Shown here: positions 18,934 to 27,354 of the stretch, piece after piece
Layout: each line of letters begins with the position of its first letter
Position numbering within the stretch: the stretch's first letter is position 1
Assembly: GCF_022818495.1 (NCBI RefSeq)
Contig: NZ_CP089291.1
Location: forward strand, 765,536 to 797,535
Length of the DNA stretch: 32,000 nt
Direction of reading: 5' to 3'
Origin: Fodinisporobacter ferrooxydans
Lineage (GTDB): Bacteria > Bacillota > Bacilli > Tumebacillales > MYW30-H2
Position numbers and translations under genes: made by a program
Notes under the pieces: generated by a model
Seen by the model: the letters and a program-made list of their open reading frames with translations, nothing else
What the model was told of the DNA's origin: nothing
The model's database searches: none

Positions 18934-20142
18934 TTACTTAACCACTTTTTGAACGCGCACTTTTAGCAAAAAATGAATCCCTTGATTCACAAGGCCATGT
19001 CCACCTAGCAATACCGGGGCTTTACAAAATCTTGCCGCATTAGTCAACCGCCGCAATCGGGAATCCGCGATACGCTCATCCCATAACAAATCAGATGCAA
19101 ATCGATCTTCATCCGAAAGCACCAATCGATGATGAGCCATCCAGACACGAGTATCCATGATGATGGCGTCGCTTTCTTTTGCAAGCTGCTGAAATGCATC
19201 TTCATAAGAAGGGAATCGCTCAAACCAGTCAGCGACCAATGACCAGACCAAATCTTGCTCATCCCGTCCAAGGCCTTTCATTCCGCGCTCTTCCGAGAAA
19301 CATCGAACCCGTACTTTTATCTCCTGATTCAAAAATTGCACGATTTGCGGGGAAATGCGTCCGATCAACGTAATGGCGGGAAGCTGTTTTTCCTTCATTC
19401 TGCATAATAAACCCTGGATGTTCATTTCTGCCCTTGCAAACAAATCTTCATTTTCCTGAGTGAATGTACCTTGAGCGAGTTTCGATAGTGATGGTTCAAA
19501 GTTGAGATTGCGCAATGCCATCCATAGATCGATGGGAGTATCAATATCGAAACGAAACTGCAATCGATCCGGCCACAATTGGTAAATGAGACATGCTTGA
19601 TCCCGTAAAGCAGCAGCCAACCCATTGTCTGTCTTTACATGTTTGATCTGATGGATCGCGTCAATCGGTGTCCAACCGACAACATCAGGAGATACAGGAT
19701 TATTGGCCCAAACAGTTCGCGGACGATTTTGCAAAGAATCAATCAAACATTGAAAATCCGCTGTTTTCGCCAGAGGCAATGACGCACCGCCTAAAACGAT
19801 GGCATTGCGAAGTGATGGTTGGATCGTAACATGCTGATCTATTAAATATGTACAGGCTGCCTGAAGAGTTTTTAAAAACGAGAAAGGAGAAATTGAAGAT
19901 GTATCCAAAAGCAAGATTTGCTCTTGTTGACAATAGGAACGAATAAGCGGTTGATTGGAACAGACAACAATCCAAATCCCATCGCACTGTTGCAACTGTC
20001 GGATTGTCTCAATCGTCAGTTGATTCCGCCATGCTCTCATGGCACCGGCGATATTCGTATGCGGTGTATCTCCGCCTTCCATAACGATGACTGCTGATTG
20101 TGCCTGGGACATTCCGTATATAACTCCATTTATGTTATTCAT
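18934..20142 (-). CDS. 402-aa hypothetical protein, no recognisable motif
   Basis: Long uninterrupted ORF with host-like composition and no signal peptide or TM segment. No SD precedes the ATG at 20142; the alternative ATG at 20112 has GGAG 11 nt upstream. I could not assign any domain by eye. Confidence 0.6.
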   Translation of the reverse strand: MNNINGVIYGMSQAQSAVIVMEGGDTPHTNIAGAMRAWRNQLTIETIRQLQQCDGIWIVVCSNQPLIRSYCQQEQILLLDTSSISPFSFLKTLQAACTYLIDQHVTIQPSLRNAIVLGGASLPLAKTADFQCLIDSLQNRPRTVWANNPVSPDVVGWTPIDAIHQIKHVKTDNGLAAALRDQACLIYQLWPDRLQFRFDIDTPIDLWMALRNLNFEPSLSKLAQGTFTQENEDLFARAEMNIQGLLCRMKEKQLPAITLIGRISPQIVQFLNQEIKVRVRCFSEERGMKGLGRDEQDLVWSLVADWFERFPSYEDAFQQLAKESDAIIMDTRVWMAHHRLVLSDEDRFASDLLWDERIADSRLRRLTNAARFCKAPVLLGGHGLVNQGIHFLLKVRVQKVVK

Positions 20143-20173
20143 CTAAATCAGGCAAAGTAACGGTTCATGAGAA

Positions 20174-20225
20174 ATTCGATTCACACCAACATTTTCTGTC
20201 AAATGCATGCCAGTGTGAATCGAAT
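20174..20225 (-). terminator. 13-bp perfect inverted repeat between hpf and the 402-aa gene (terminator/attenuator candidate)
   Basis: ATTCGATTCACAC (20174-20186) pairs with GTGTGAATCGAAT (20213-20225) across a 26-nt loop. On the minus strand it is followed by TTTCTCAT, which is not a strong T-run. Confidence 0.4.
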
Positions 20226-20247
20226 CCTATCGTTCTCTAATCATGTT

Positions 20248-20799
20248 TTAAAACGCCGGCTCAATCAAACCGTATTGGCCATCATTGCGCCGATATACAA
20301 CGTTAACCTTTTCTGTATCCGAATTGCTGAATACAAAGAAACTATGTCCGAGCAAATCCATTTGCATAATCGCTTCTTCCACAGCCATCGGCTTCATGGC
20401 AAACCGTTTGACACGCACAACTTGTGCATCATCTTCTTCATCATAGCTATATGCCAACGCAGAAGACCCAGATTCCTGGAACAACTTGCGTCCGGATTGT
20501 TTTTTCGCTTTTTTCACCACTTTTGATTTATGCTTTTCAATTTGCTTTTCCAGTTTGTCTGCTACGAGATCAATCGAAGCGTACATATCACCCGACTTTT
20601 CTTCCGCACGAATAATCATGCCTTGAACAATCATCGTTACCTCAACCGTGTGAATACCATGTATGACGGAGAGAGTAACTTGTACATCATGGGTAGGTGT
20701 TGCATCAAAAAACTTATCAAGGCGACCTAATTTTCTCTCCACATATTCCTGTAATGCCCCTGTAATCTGGATATTGTCACCGCGAACTTTAACTTTCAT
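20248..20799 (-). CDS. hpf: ribosome hibernation promoting factor, long form (YvyD-type)
   Basis: N-terminal S30AE/YfiA domain (MKVKVRGDNIQITGALQEYVERKLGRLDKFF) plus the C-terminal dimerisation domain. The ATG at 20799 lies 8 nt after GGGAGGAG. Confidence 0.9.
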   Translation of the reverse strand: MKVKVRGDNIQITGALQEYVERKLGRLDKFFDATPTHDVQVTLSVIHGIHTVEVTMIVQGMIIRAEEKSGDMYASIDLVADKLEKQIEKHKSKVVKKAKKQSGRKLFQESGSSALAYSYDEEDDAQVVRVKRFAMKPMAVEEAIMQMDLLGHSFFVFSNSDTEKVNVVYRRNDGQYGLIEPAF

Positions 20800-20828
20800 A
20801 TGCAAAACTCCTCCCTTCGTACGTATCT

Positions 20829-20857
20829 ATATTCCATTTTGTCGGCTTAATTCCTCC
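20829..20857 (-). promoter_or_regulatory. sigma-H-type promoter candidate for hpf
   Basis: Minus strand reads GGAGGAATT-11 nt-ATGGAATAT, compared with the sigma-H pattern RNAGGAWWW-N11-12-RNNGAATWW. It lies about 30 nt upstream of the hpf ATG. Confidence 0.4.
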
Positions 20858-21044
20858 CGTCTAAACATATCTTTCACATTTTTTTTACAAAAAGGGACTT
20901 GTTCAATCAATATTTGGGATTCTTCGACAAGGAAGAACACATTTCCCTTTTTTAAAAAATATCTGTCGTCTTTTGAATCAAATAAAATAGATAGTTTCTC
21001 GCTTTTAAATGTGGACTTTTTATCAGTTTATTTTCGTGCCTTCG

Positions 21045-21053
21045 TGTTATAAT
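21045..21053 (+). promoter_or_regulatory. extended -10 promoter (TGtTATAAT) of the toxin-antitoxin pair
   Basis: TGTTATAAT at 21045-21053, about 37 nt upstream of the antitoxin start. No good -35 was found. Confidence 0.45.
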
Positions 21054-21089
21054 AAAATATAAATGCGCATTTTTGTGAGGTGATTCTCA

Positions 21090-21347
21090 GTGTCCATGAT
21101 TAAAACTATCGGCAGTAACGGACAAATCTCTCTAGGTAAGGAATATGCCGGCCGTACCGTTCTGGTCGACGAGTTGGAACCGGGTGTTTGGATCATCAAG
21201 GCAGGTCAGTTTATTCCCGACAACGAACAGTGGTTATTTGCTCCAGAAGTTCAAAAAGACCTTGACGAAGCAATTGAGTGGGCAGAGAACCATCCGCCTT
21301 CGGAAACGATTCTTGATGAACTGGAGAAACGGATACGCAATGAATAA
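21090..21347 (+). CDS. AbrB/SpoVT/MazE-type antitoxin
   Basis: 85 aa. The N-terminal segment IKTIGSNGQISLGKEYAGRTVLVDELEPGVWIIK fits the swapped-hairpin AbrB-like DNA-binding fold, followed by an acidic C-terminus. GAGGTGA SD upstream. It overlaps the next gene by 8 nt. Confidence 0.7.
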   Translation: MSMIKTIGSNGQISLGKEYAGRTVLVDELEPGVWIIKAGQFIPDNEQWLFAPEVQKDLDEAIEWAENHPPSETILDELEKRIRNE

Positions 21348-21645
21348 CGATTGGATTCGACTTGATCTGAATAATCCGGTTTTCCAGCGTACGTTATTTC
21401 ATCTTTCCAAACAAGAGCAGTTAGCTGTGCTTGGGACTCTAAGAAAACTCACCGATATGAATTGGAATCAAATGCATCGAGATTCGGGACTGAAATGGGA
21501 GTTGATTCATTCCCGTTGTGGATCCATGGGAGAAAAATTGTATAGTTTCCGTATAGGAAAAGGCTTTCGAGCGATTGCTTACCGAGATGGTTGCTGGCTG
21601 CGAGTGTTATCCCTTCATCCAGATCACGATTCAGCATATCGTTGA
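21340..21645 (+). CDS. RelE/ParE-superfamily toxin
   Basis: 101 aa from the ATG at 21340. The C-terminal pattern LYSFRIGKGFRAIAYRDGCWLRVLSLHPDHDSAY resembles the RelE/ParE/HigB core. The part of the ORF-track frame upstream of 21340 merely overlaps the antitoxin out of frame. Confidence 0.65.
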   Translation: MNNDWIRLDLNNPVFQRTLFHLSKQEQLAVLGTLRKLTDMNWNQMHRDSGLKWELIHSRCGSMGEKLYSFRIGKGFRAIAYRDGCWLRVLSLHPDHDSAYR

Positions 21646-21726
21646 CAATGTCCAACTGGATCAGCAAAACAAATCATTTGAATTTGAGACAAAGTTGAAG
21701 AGACTAAAGAAAATCAAGAAACAAAG

Positions 21727-21770
21727 AAGGACGCTAGCCACATATCACAGCACAGCGTCCTTTGATAATT
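21727..21770. terminator. bidirectional terminator between the TA pair and the ABC transporter operon
   Basis: AAGGACGCT (21727-21735) pairs with AGCGTCCTT (21754-21762). Both strands have T-rich tracts after the stem. Confidence 0.6.
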
Positions 21771-21792
21771 TAGTTTACTAAACTGATAATGA

Positions 21793-22587
21793 CTACAACA
21801 CTTTGCTTAAAAACGACTGTGTCCGTTCATTTTGCGGATTGGAGAAAATTTGTGCCGGCTTTCCTTCTTCCATGACAATTCCCTGATCCATGAAAACCAC
21901 CCGATCTGCCACTTCGCGAGCAAATCCCATTTCGTGTGTCACCACAACCATCGTCATGCCTTCCCGCGCCAATTGCTTCATGACTTCCAGCACTTCACCG
22001 ACCATCTCAGGATCCAATGCGGATGTCGGTTCGTCAAACAACATGATTTTCGGCTTCATCGCAAGCGCTCTGGCAATCGCCACCCGCTGCTGCTGCCCGC
22101 CTGACAGCTGATCCGGATATGCATTTGCCTTATCGGAAAGCCCCACTTTTCGAAGCAACTCCATCGCTTCTTTTTCGGCAGTCCCTTTATCCGTCTTACG
22201 CACCTTGATTGGACCGAGTGTAATATTTTGCAGTGCAGTCTTATGAGGAAACAGATTAAAACGTTGAAAAACCATACCCACTTCCCGCCGCACAGCGTTT
22301 ACATCTACTTTTGGATCGGTCAAATCCACGCCCTCAATTTTCACATGACCACTCGTGACAGGCTCAAGCAAATTGAGGCAGCGCAAAAACGTACTCTTCC
22401 CTGACCCGGACGGACCGATGACACAAACCACTTCCTGTTGACGAATGGTTGCATCGATTCCCTTTAATACTTCCAGCTTGCCATAATATTTATGAAGATT
22501 ATTCACTTCGATCATCACAGATCCGAGTTGATGCATATGTGCAGCAGCTGCTTTGTCTTCTTTGTTTAACAATGATGAATTTGTCAT
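21793..22587 (-). CDS. polar amino-acid ABC transporter ATP-binding protein (GlnQ-like)
   Basis: Walker [10 protein letters not shown], signature [15 protein letters not shown], Walker [20 protein letters not shown] lies 5 nt before the ATG. Confidence 0.92.
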   Translation of the reverse strand: MTNSSLLNKEDKAAAAHMHQLGSVMIEVNNLHKYYGKLEVLKGIDATIRQQEVVCVIGPSGSGKSTFLRCLNLLEPVTSGHVKIEGVDLTDPKVDVNAVRREVGMVFQRFNLFPHKTALQNITLGPIKVRKTDKGTAEKEAMELLRKVGLSDKANAYPDQLSGGQQQRVAIARALAMKPKIMLFDEPTSALDPEMVGEVLEVMKQLAREGMTMVVVTHEMGFAREVADRVVFMDQGIVMEEGKPAQIFSNPQNERTQSFLSKVL

Positions 22588-22614
22588 GCGTATTCACCTT
22601 CTAACTTTCATTCT

Positions 22615-23289
22615 TTATAGATTTGTATTTACCGTACCGTATTTTTTCTCAAGCAGACTAACAATTTGCGCCAAAATCATAGTAATGCAGAGATAGATCA
22701 GGGCAGCCGTCAAAAAGGATGCCCATGTCAACGTTGTAGCACCAAACATGGTTTTCGCCTGGTATGCCAGTTCTCCGCCGGAAATCGCCGCCAACAAGGA
22801 TGAATCCTTGGACAATGCGATCGCTTCATTTCCAAGAGGCGGCAGCATGCGGCGAAACGCTTGCGGAATGATGACGTTCCACATGGCTTGCGTATAGGAC
22901 ATGCCCACAGATCTTGCAGCTTCCATTTGTCCTTTGTCAATTGACTGAATGCCGGCACGAAAAATCTCTGCAATATAGGCACCGCTATTTAATGTAAGCG
23001 ATACAATCCCGGAATAAAAGGGATCTACCCCATGTCCAAAAATCGCCGGCAAAAATGCAAAGTGCACAAGCAAGATTTGCACAAACAATGGCGTGCCACG
23101 GAAAAACGTAATGTATATAACAGAAGGCCATCGAACCAATGCATATGAAGAGAGTCTGCCCAGCCCCAACAGCAACCCTAATATCGTACCCAAAATAACA
23201 GAAAGAAACGTCAACTCAAGTGTTACGCCGGTGCCTTGCAGCAGCATTGGAAAATAGTCTTTGATCGCCTGCCATGATGTTTGATCCAT
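22615..23289 (-). CDS. polar amino-acid ABC transporter permease (His/Glu/Gln/Arg/opine family)
   Basis: Multi-TM protein with the EAA-like loop IDKGQMEAARSVGMSYTQAMWNVIIPQA. The ATG at 23289 lies 6 nt after GGAGGT. Confidence 0.9.
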   Translation of the reverse strand: MDQTSWQAIKDYFPMLLQGTGVTLELTFLSVILGTILGLLLGLGRLSSYALVRWPSVIYITFFRGTPLFVQILLVHFAFLPAIFGHGVDPFYSGIVSLTLNSGAYIAEIFRAGIQSIDKGQMEAARSVGMSYTQAMWNVIIPQAFRRMLPPLGNEAIALSKDSSLLAAISGGELAYQAKTMFGATTLTWASFLTAALIYLCITMILAQIVSLLEKKYGTVNTNL

Positions 23290-23311
23290 CCGTTTACCTC
23301 CTAAACCCAAA

Positions 23312-23342
23312 ATGCGTAGCCTATGCAGGATAGGCTACGCAT
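23312..23342 (-). other. perfect 13-bp intercistronic hairpin
   Basis: ATGCGTAGCCTAT-gcagg-ATAGGCTACGCAT lies between the binding-protein and permease genes. On the minus strand it is followed by TTTGGGTTT. Confidence 0.8.
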
Positions 23343-23355
23343 GGCAGCATGTTCT

Positions 23356-24180
23356 TTATTTTTTCTTGCCAAACCATTTTTCGTAAATTTTATCAAGCTC
23401 ACCATCTGACTTGATCTTCTTGATGCCATCATTAATTTTGTTTAACAATGCCGTATTGCCCTTCTTCACAGCAATTCCGTAATTCTCTTTCGGGAAGTTC
23501 GGGTCAACTGCCGTGTCAAATTTGCCGGCGCCATTGTTTTTCACATAGTTGACAACTACGCCGTTATCGCCGACTGCCGCATCGACACCGCCGTTCGCCA
23601 ACTCTTGCAACGCGAGCGGCATCGCGTCAAAACGCTTGATATCCGAATTTGCTTTGCCGAACGCCTTGCTTACGATGTCATCGCCAGTCGTTCCGTTTTG
23701 GACAGCAACTGTATGACCTTTCAAGGCATTTAAAGTCGTCAGGTTTGTTCCTTTTTTATATGCGATCATTTGTGTCGCTTCAAAATACGGATCGGAAAAA
23801 TCCATCTTTTGTTTGCGCTGATCTGTAATCGTAATCGCAGAAATCAACATGTCATTCGTGTTTTGATCCAATGTCAGGAAAATTCCGTCCCAAGCGGTGT
23901 TGTTGTATTTCACTTTGAAACCTTCCGCTTTTGCGATTGCATTCATCACATCCACATCAAAGCCGACAACTTGTTTTTTGTCATTCACATACTCGAACGG
24001 CGCGTAAGAAGCATCCGAGCCTACATTGTAGACTTTCTCTGTCTGTGCGGAACTGCCGGCATTTTTCGAATTATCCGCTGTGCCGGATGGCGCGTTGGAA
24101 GAAGACCCACAGCCAACTGCCAACAGCCCCAAGCCAGCAATCATAGCTGTTGCTGCAAATGTACGTTTGAACTTATTCAT
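23356..24180 (-). CDS. polar amino-acid ABC transporter substrate-binding lipoprotein (family 3 SBP)
   Basis: Signal peptide with lipobox LAVGC, then a periplasmic-binding-protein type 3 sequence. Confidence 0.9.
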   Translation of the reverse strand: MNKFKRTFAATAMIAGLGLLAVGCGSSSNAPSGTADNSKNAGSSAQTEKVYNVGSDASYAPFEYVNDKKQVVGFDVDVMNAIAKAEGFKVKYNNTAWDGIFLTLDQNTNDMLISAITITDQRKQKMDFSDPYFEATQMIAYKKGTNLTTLNALKGHTVAVQNGTTGDDIVSKAFGKANSDIKRFDAMPLALQELANGGVDAAVGDNGVVVNYVKNNGAGKFDTAVDPNFPKENYGIAVKKGNTALLNKINDGIKKIKSDGELDKIYEKWFGKKK

Positions 24181-25079
24181 GTCTCGATGAACCCCCTGAT
24201 TTTTCTTTTTAAATAGAAAAATTCACATAGAAAAACGCATAAATCTCTGATTCTTACATTATAATTGCAAGATTTCCGTTTTGCTAGTGTCGACAAAAAA
24301 GAATTTTCTGTCAGAATATTTATACACGTTAAGTAAATGGCGTCCGCATACGGTGGGCAAAGGACAGATATGATCATACACCATGGTGAATGAATATGCA
24401 AGAGGATGTGGCAAAAATAAATTATAAGTTAAATATGGGATGACAGGGGAGATTTTGACTCTTCGTCACCTAATATGTTTTTAGGCATTCTGCAAAAATT
24501 CTTTTTTACTTGAATCCGTTCTTCTTTTGAGTATCCCATCTTGCTTAACAATGCCGCCGCTATCAGACTATTTTACATGACAGATGCTTACCAGTTCTAT
24601 TTTTTAATTCTACCGTGTAAAACTGAAACGCAATACATCCGAATATCAATTTAAATTCAATTGGTTCGTCCCGTAACGTATCGTAGTTGAAAACAGCAAT
24701 CGCCAAAATCATTCGATAAAAATGGAGACAATTATGCAATGTCCCCATTCGCTTTCATCTTAAATGATCCTTATTTGTAATATGTCCGACACTACGTACA
24801 AATTGATACTATAATGGGCCCAGGAAATCGGACACGACCTAGGATGTCCAATAAGCTATACTATTGGTATGGTGTCAAATAGTGCACCATGTAATAAAAT
24901 TAAGAAAAACTAATACCTAATGACATTAATTTACTGAATTTTTTATTTCAAGAAACCAAAATGGTAATACTTTGTTAAATTGGTTGAATGACACTAATTT
25001 TTAATAATTTCATGAATTTTTAATTTTTAAAATAAATTAACAGAACCCTAATAATTGGCACTATATTATAGTAACTAAT

Positions 25080-26447
25080 TTAATTTACACAAACACCGTC
25101 AATCGAAACAACTTTAGTTTTGATATTATATAGGTTTCTAATTTCATATAAGATATTACTTGCAAATGAAAATGAGGCTATTATAAGAACATCTACAGGA
25201 TTTTCATTTAAATATTCAGGAGGTTGAATAACTAAATTAGTATTTGAAAACTTTTGTCCTTGTTTCCTAGGGTTTGTGTCAATAATACATGAGATATTAT
25301 TTCTAATAACTTCAAACTGCAGTAGAGATTTTCCTACATCTCCACTTCCCCATATTCCGATACTCTTTTTTTCCTTTAAGAAACCATTCACTATAGATAA
25401 AAAAAATTGAACTGTAAATTTTGAGTAAATACTTTCATCTATATTTAATGTATATTTTTGAATTCCCTCAATTAGAGCATCAATAAAAGTTTCATTATCC
25501 AGATTTCTTTGCAAGAACCTTTTAAGAGACTGATTATTTTTTGATAACAAATCCTTATTTGATATTATTTTTATAATATTTTCACCATTACGCTTAAAGA
25601 AATATGTTTTACAATGGTTTATGATATTTTCATCTATTCCTAAGCTTTCATAAAGCTCTAATAATTCTTGAACACGATCCATAATTATAATTGGTAAATA
25701 ACCTGTCCATTCTTGTGAATCATAACTAAATAAAACACTTGGTTCACCAAAATAATAGATACGTTTACCAGTTAATGCCGTAGCTAAAATTTTAATATGT
25801 GGAAAAGTGTTATCAAGGCTCGAAAAAGCATCATCTTTCACATCGATAGTATTTATTAATTCATTCCACATTTTTCTTCTAAAAATATGACTTACAATGT
25901 GAGTATGTAGTTCTGCTGGATATAAATTTTCAATCTTTAAGGTATCTTCCCACTTTTCCAATACTTTTTCTGATGTATCTTTACACATTACTTCTTCGGA
26001 TGTCGGGATATACTTTGATTTTTTATTTAAAATAATCTCATTTCTTTCTTTTATTGATTTAAAAAAGAAATTTACAAAGAAATAATCTATTTCCAAATGC
26101 AATTTAAGTCTGCCAATGATTTTACTTAATTGACCATCTATAATTAGGTCATCATCTCCAATTACCCAACAATATTCACCTTTCGCTAAACTACTTGTTA
26201 AAGTCATAATATTTCTGGTAGTCCCAATATTTTCTGAATTTCTAGAATAACAAAAATAGTCCACATCCTTATACTCCATACAAATATCTTTCGTATGGTC
26301 AGTCGAGCAATTATCTGAAATTACAATCTCGACTTCTCCGTTAAATTCACTTGCTTGTGGTATTAATGATTCAAGGCTTAGCTTCAATAACTCTGCTCTA
26401 TTATATGTTGGTATACAAATCGATAGTACTGGTTGATTTTCTTTCAC
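25080..26447 (-). CDS. family-2 glycosyltransferase fused to a C-methyltransferase-type C-terminal (Rossmann-like) domain
   Basis: GT2 N-terminal part: LSICIPTYNRAELL, SDNCSTD, VIGDDDL. The last 95 aa or so align by eye with the C-terminus of the neighbouring methyltransferase (KSIGIWGSGDVG ... IDTNPRKQG ... IQPPEYLNENPVDVLII against KSIAGFGAGGRG ... SDNNSMMHG ... IVPPQTLIDNPVDILIV). The GTG at 26447 lies 7 nt after GAGGTG. About 27% GC. Confidence 0.8.
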   Translation of the reverse strand: MKENQPVLSICIPTYNRAELLKLSLESLIPQASEFNGEVEIVISDNCSTDHTKDICMEYKDVDYFCYSRNSENIGTTRNIMTLTSSLAKGEYCWVIGDDDLIIDGQLSKIIGRLKLHLEIDYFFVNFFFKSIKERNEIILNKKSKYIPTSEEVMCKDTSEKVLEKWEDTLKIENLYPAELHTHIVSHIFRRKMWNELINTIDVKDDAFSSLDNTFPHIKILATALTGKRIYYFGEPSVLFSYDSQEWTGYLPIIIMDRVQELLELYESLGIDENIINHCKTYFFKRNGENIIKIISNKDLLSKNNQSLKRFLQRNLDNETFIDALIEGIQKYTLNIDESIYSKFTVQFFLSIVNGFLKEKKSIGIWGSGDVGKSLLQFEVIRNNISCIIDTNPRKQGQKFSNTNLVIQPPEYLNENPVDVLIIASFSFASNILYEIRNLYNIKTKVVSIDGVCVN

Positions 26448-27354
26448 AAGGTAACACCTCTTCGAGTATATCTTCCAATCCAAATTTTGACCGGAGAAAT
26501 TCATGATTCCCAACATAATGTGAGTAGGAATCATTTATTCCAATACGTTTAAAATTTACTGCTTTACCACTCTCCGCAATAATTTCTGAAATTGCACTTC
26601 CAAGTCCACCAATAATACTATGTTCTTCTAACGAAATAATGGGTACGCCTAATTCTATTACTTCATTTATTATACTTTTATCAATCGGTTTAATTGTAGG
26701 CATGCTAATGTGAGTTACACTCTTACCTTTTTCCCTTAGTTTCTTAACCCATATTTCCCCTTGCTCAAGCATATTACTTGTAGTAAATAGTACCAAATCC
26801 TTTCCTTCTGAAACTTTTATTGCCTGTCCAATTTTGAATTTCACATTATCATTATGGATACTCGCTTCGCCATTCCTACCTAACCTTATATAGATTGGTC
26901 CATTTATGCTTAGGCTTTGTTCCATTATATTTCTTACTTCTACAGGATCCCCCGGACAACATACAGTCATATTAGGTAGTGAACGCATAATTGCAATATC
27001 TTCTATTGCATGATGGGTTGCACCCTGAGGTCCATATGAAAGGCCAGCACCAACACCGACAATTCTGACATTTGTCTCCATATACGCCACATCTACTCTT
27101 ATCTGTTCAAAACATCTCATAGTAATAAAAGGTATGATGCTATATACATACACTATTTTCCCAGAAAGAGCCAAGCCAGAAGCAATACCAATAGCATTTT
27201 GTTCTGCTATTCCCACATTCAAAAATCTATTTGGAAAGAGATTTGCAAACTCCTCCAGCACCGAGTAACCAAGATCAGGAGTAATTAAAAAAATTCTCTC
27301 ATCCGCTTTCGCTTGTTCAATTAAACATTTCACAAAAGTACTTCTCATCGTCAT
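26401..27354 (-). CDS. transketolase-family ThDP enzyme, C-terminal (pyrimidine-binding) subunit
   Basis: 317 aa: FLNVGIAEQNAIGIASGLA, GATHHAIEDIAIMRSLPNM. Its start overlaps the upstream stop in ATGA, and its 3' end overlaps the GT2 start by 47 nt. Confidence 0.88.
   Translation of the reverse strand: MTMRSTFVKCLIEQAKADERIFLITPDLGYSVLEEFANLFPNRFLNVGIAEQNAIGIASGLALSGKIVYVYSIIPFITMRCFEQIRVDVAYMETNVRIVGVGAGLSYGPQGATHHAIEDIAIMRSLPNMTVCCPGDPVEVRNIMEQSLSINGPIYIRLGRNGEASIHNDNVKFKIGQAIKVSEGKDLVLFTTSNMLEQGEIWVKKLREKGKSVTHISMPTIKPIDKSIINEVIELGVPIISLEEHSIIGGLGSAISEIIAESGKAVNFKRIGINDSYSHYVGNHEFLRSKFGLEDILEEVLPCERKSTSTIDLYTNI

Noticed and set aside
21145-21339. Upstream part of the 166-aa ORF 21145-21645
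   Set aside because: It overlaps the antitoxin CDS out of frame. The toxin is better explained as starting at the ATG at 21340 with the typical short overlap.
24181-24420. T-box or riboswitch leader, or a clear promoter, upstream of the ABC transporter binding-protein gene
   Set aside because: There is a TATAAT (about 24260) but no acceptable -35, and no conserved leader motifs that I could recognise. I left it unannotated.
24563-24748. 61-aa minus-strand ORF as a gene
   Set aside because: It has no SD, lies in decaying AT-rich DNA and has no recognisable motif. I treat it as a possible pseudogene fragment only.
26448-26534. N-terminal extension of the GT2 ORF overlapping the transketolase C-subunit gene by 134 nt
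   Set aside because: The GTG at 26447 has a well-spaced GAGGTG and gives a family-typical N-terminus just before LSICIPTYN. The longer version has no SD.
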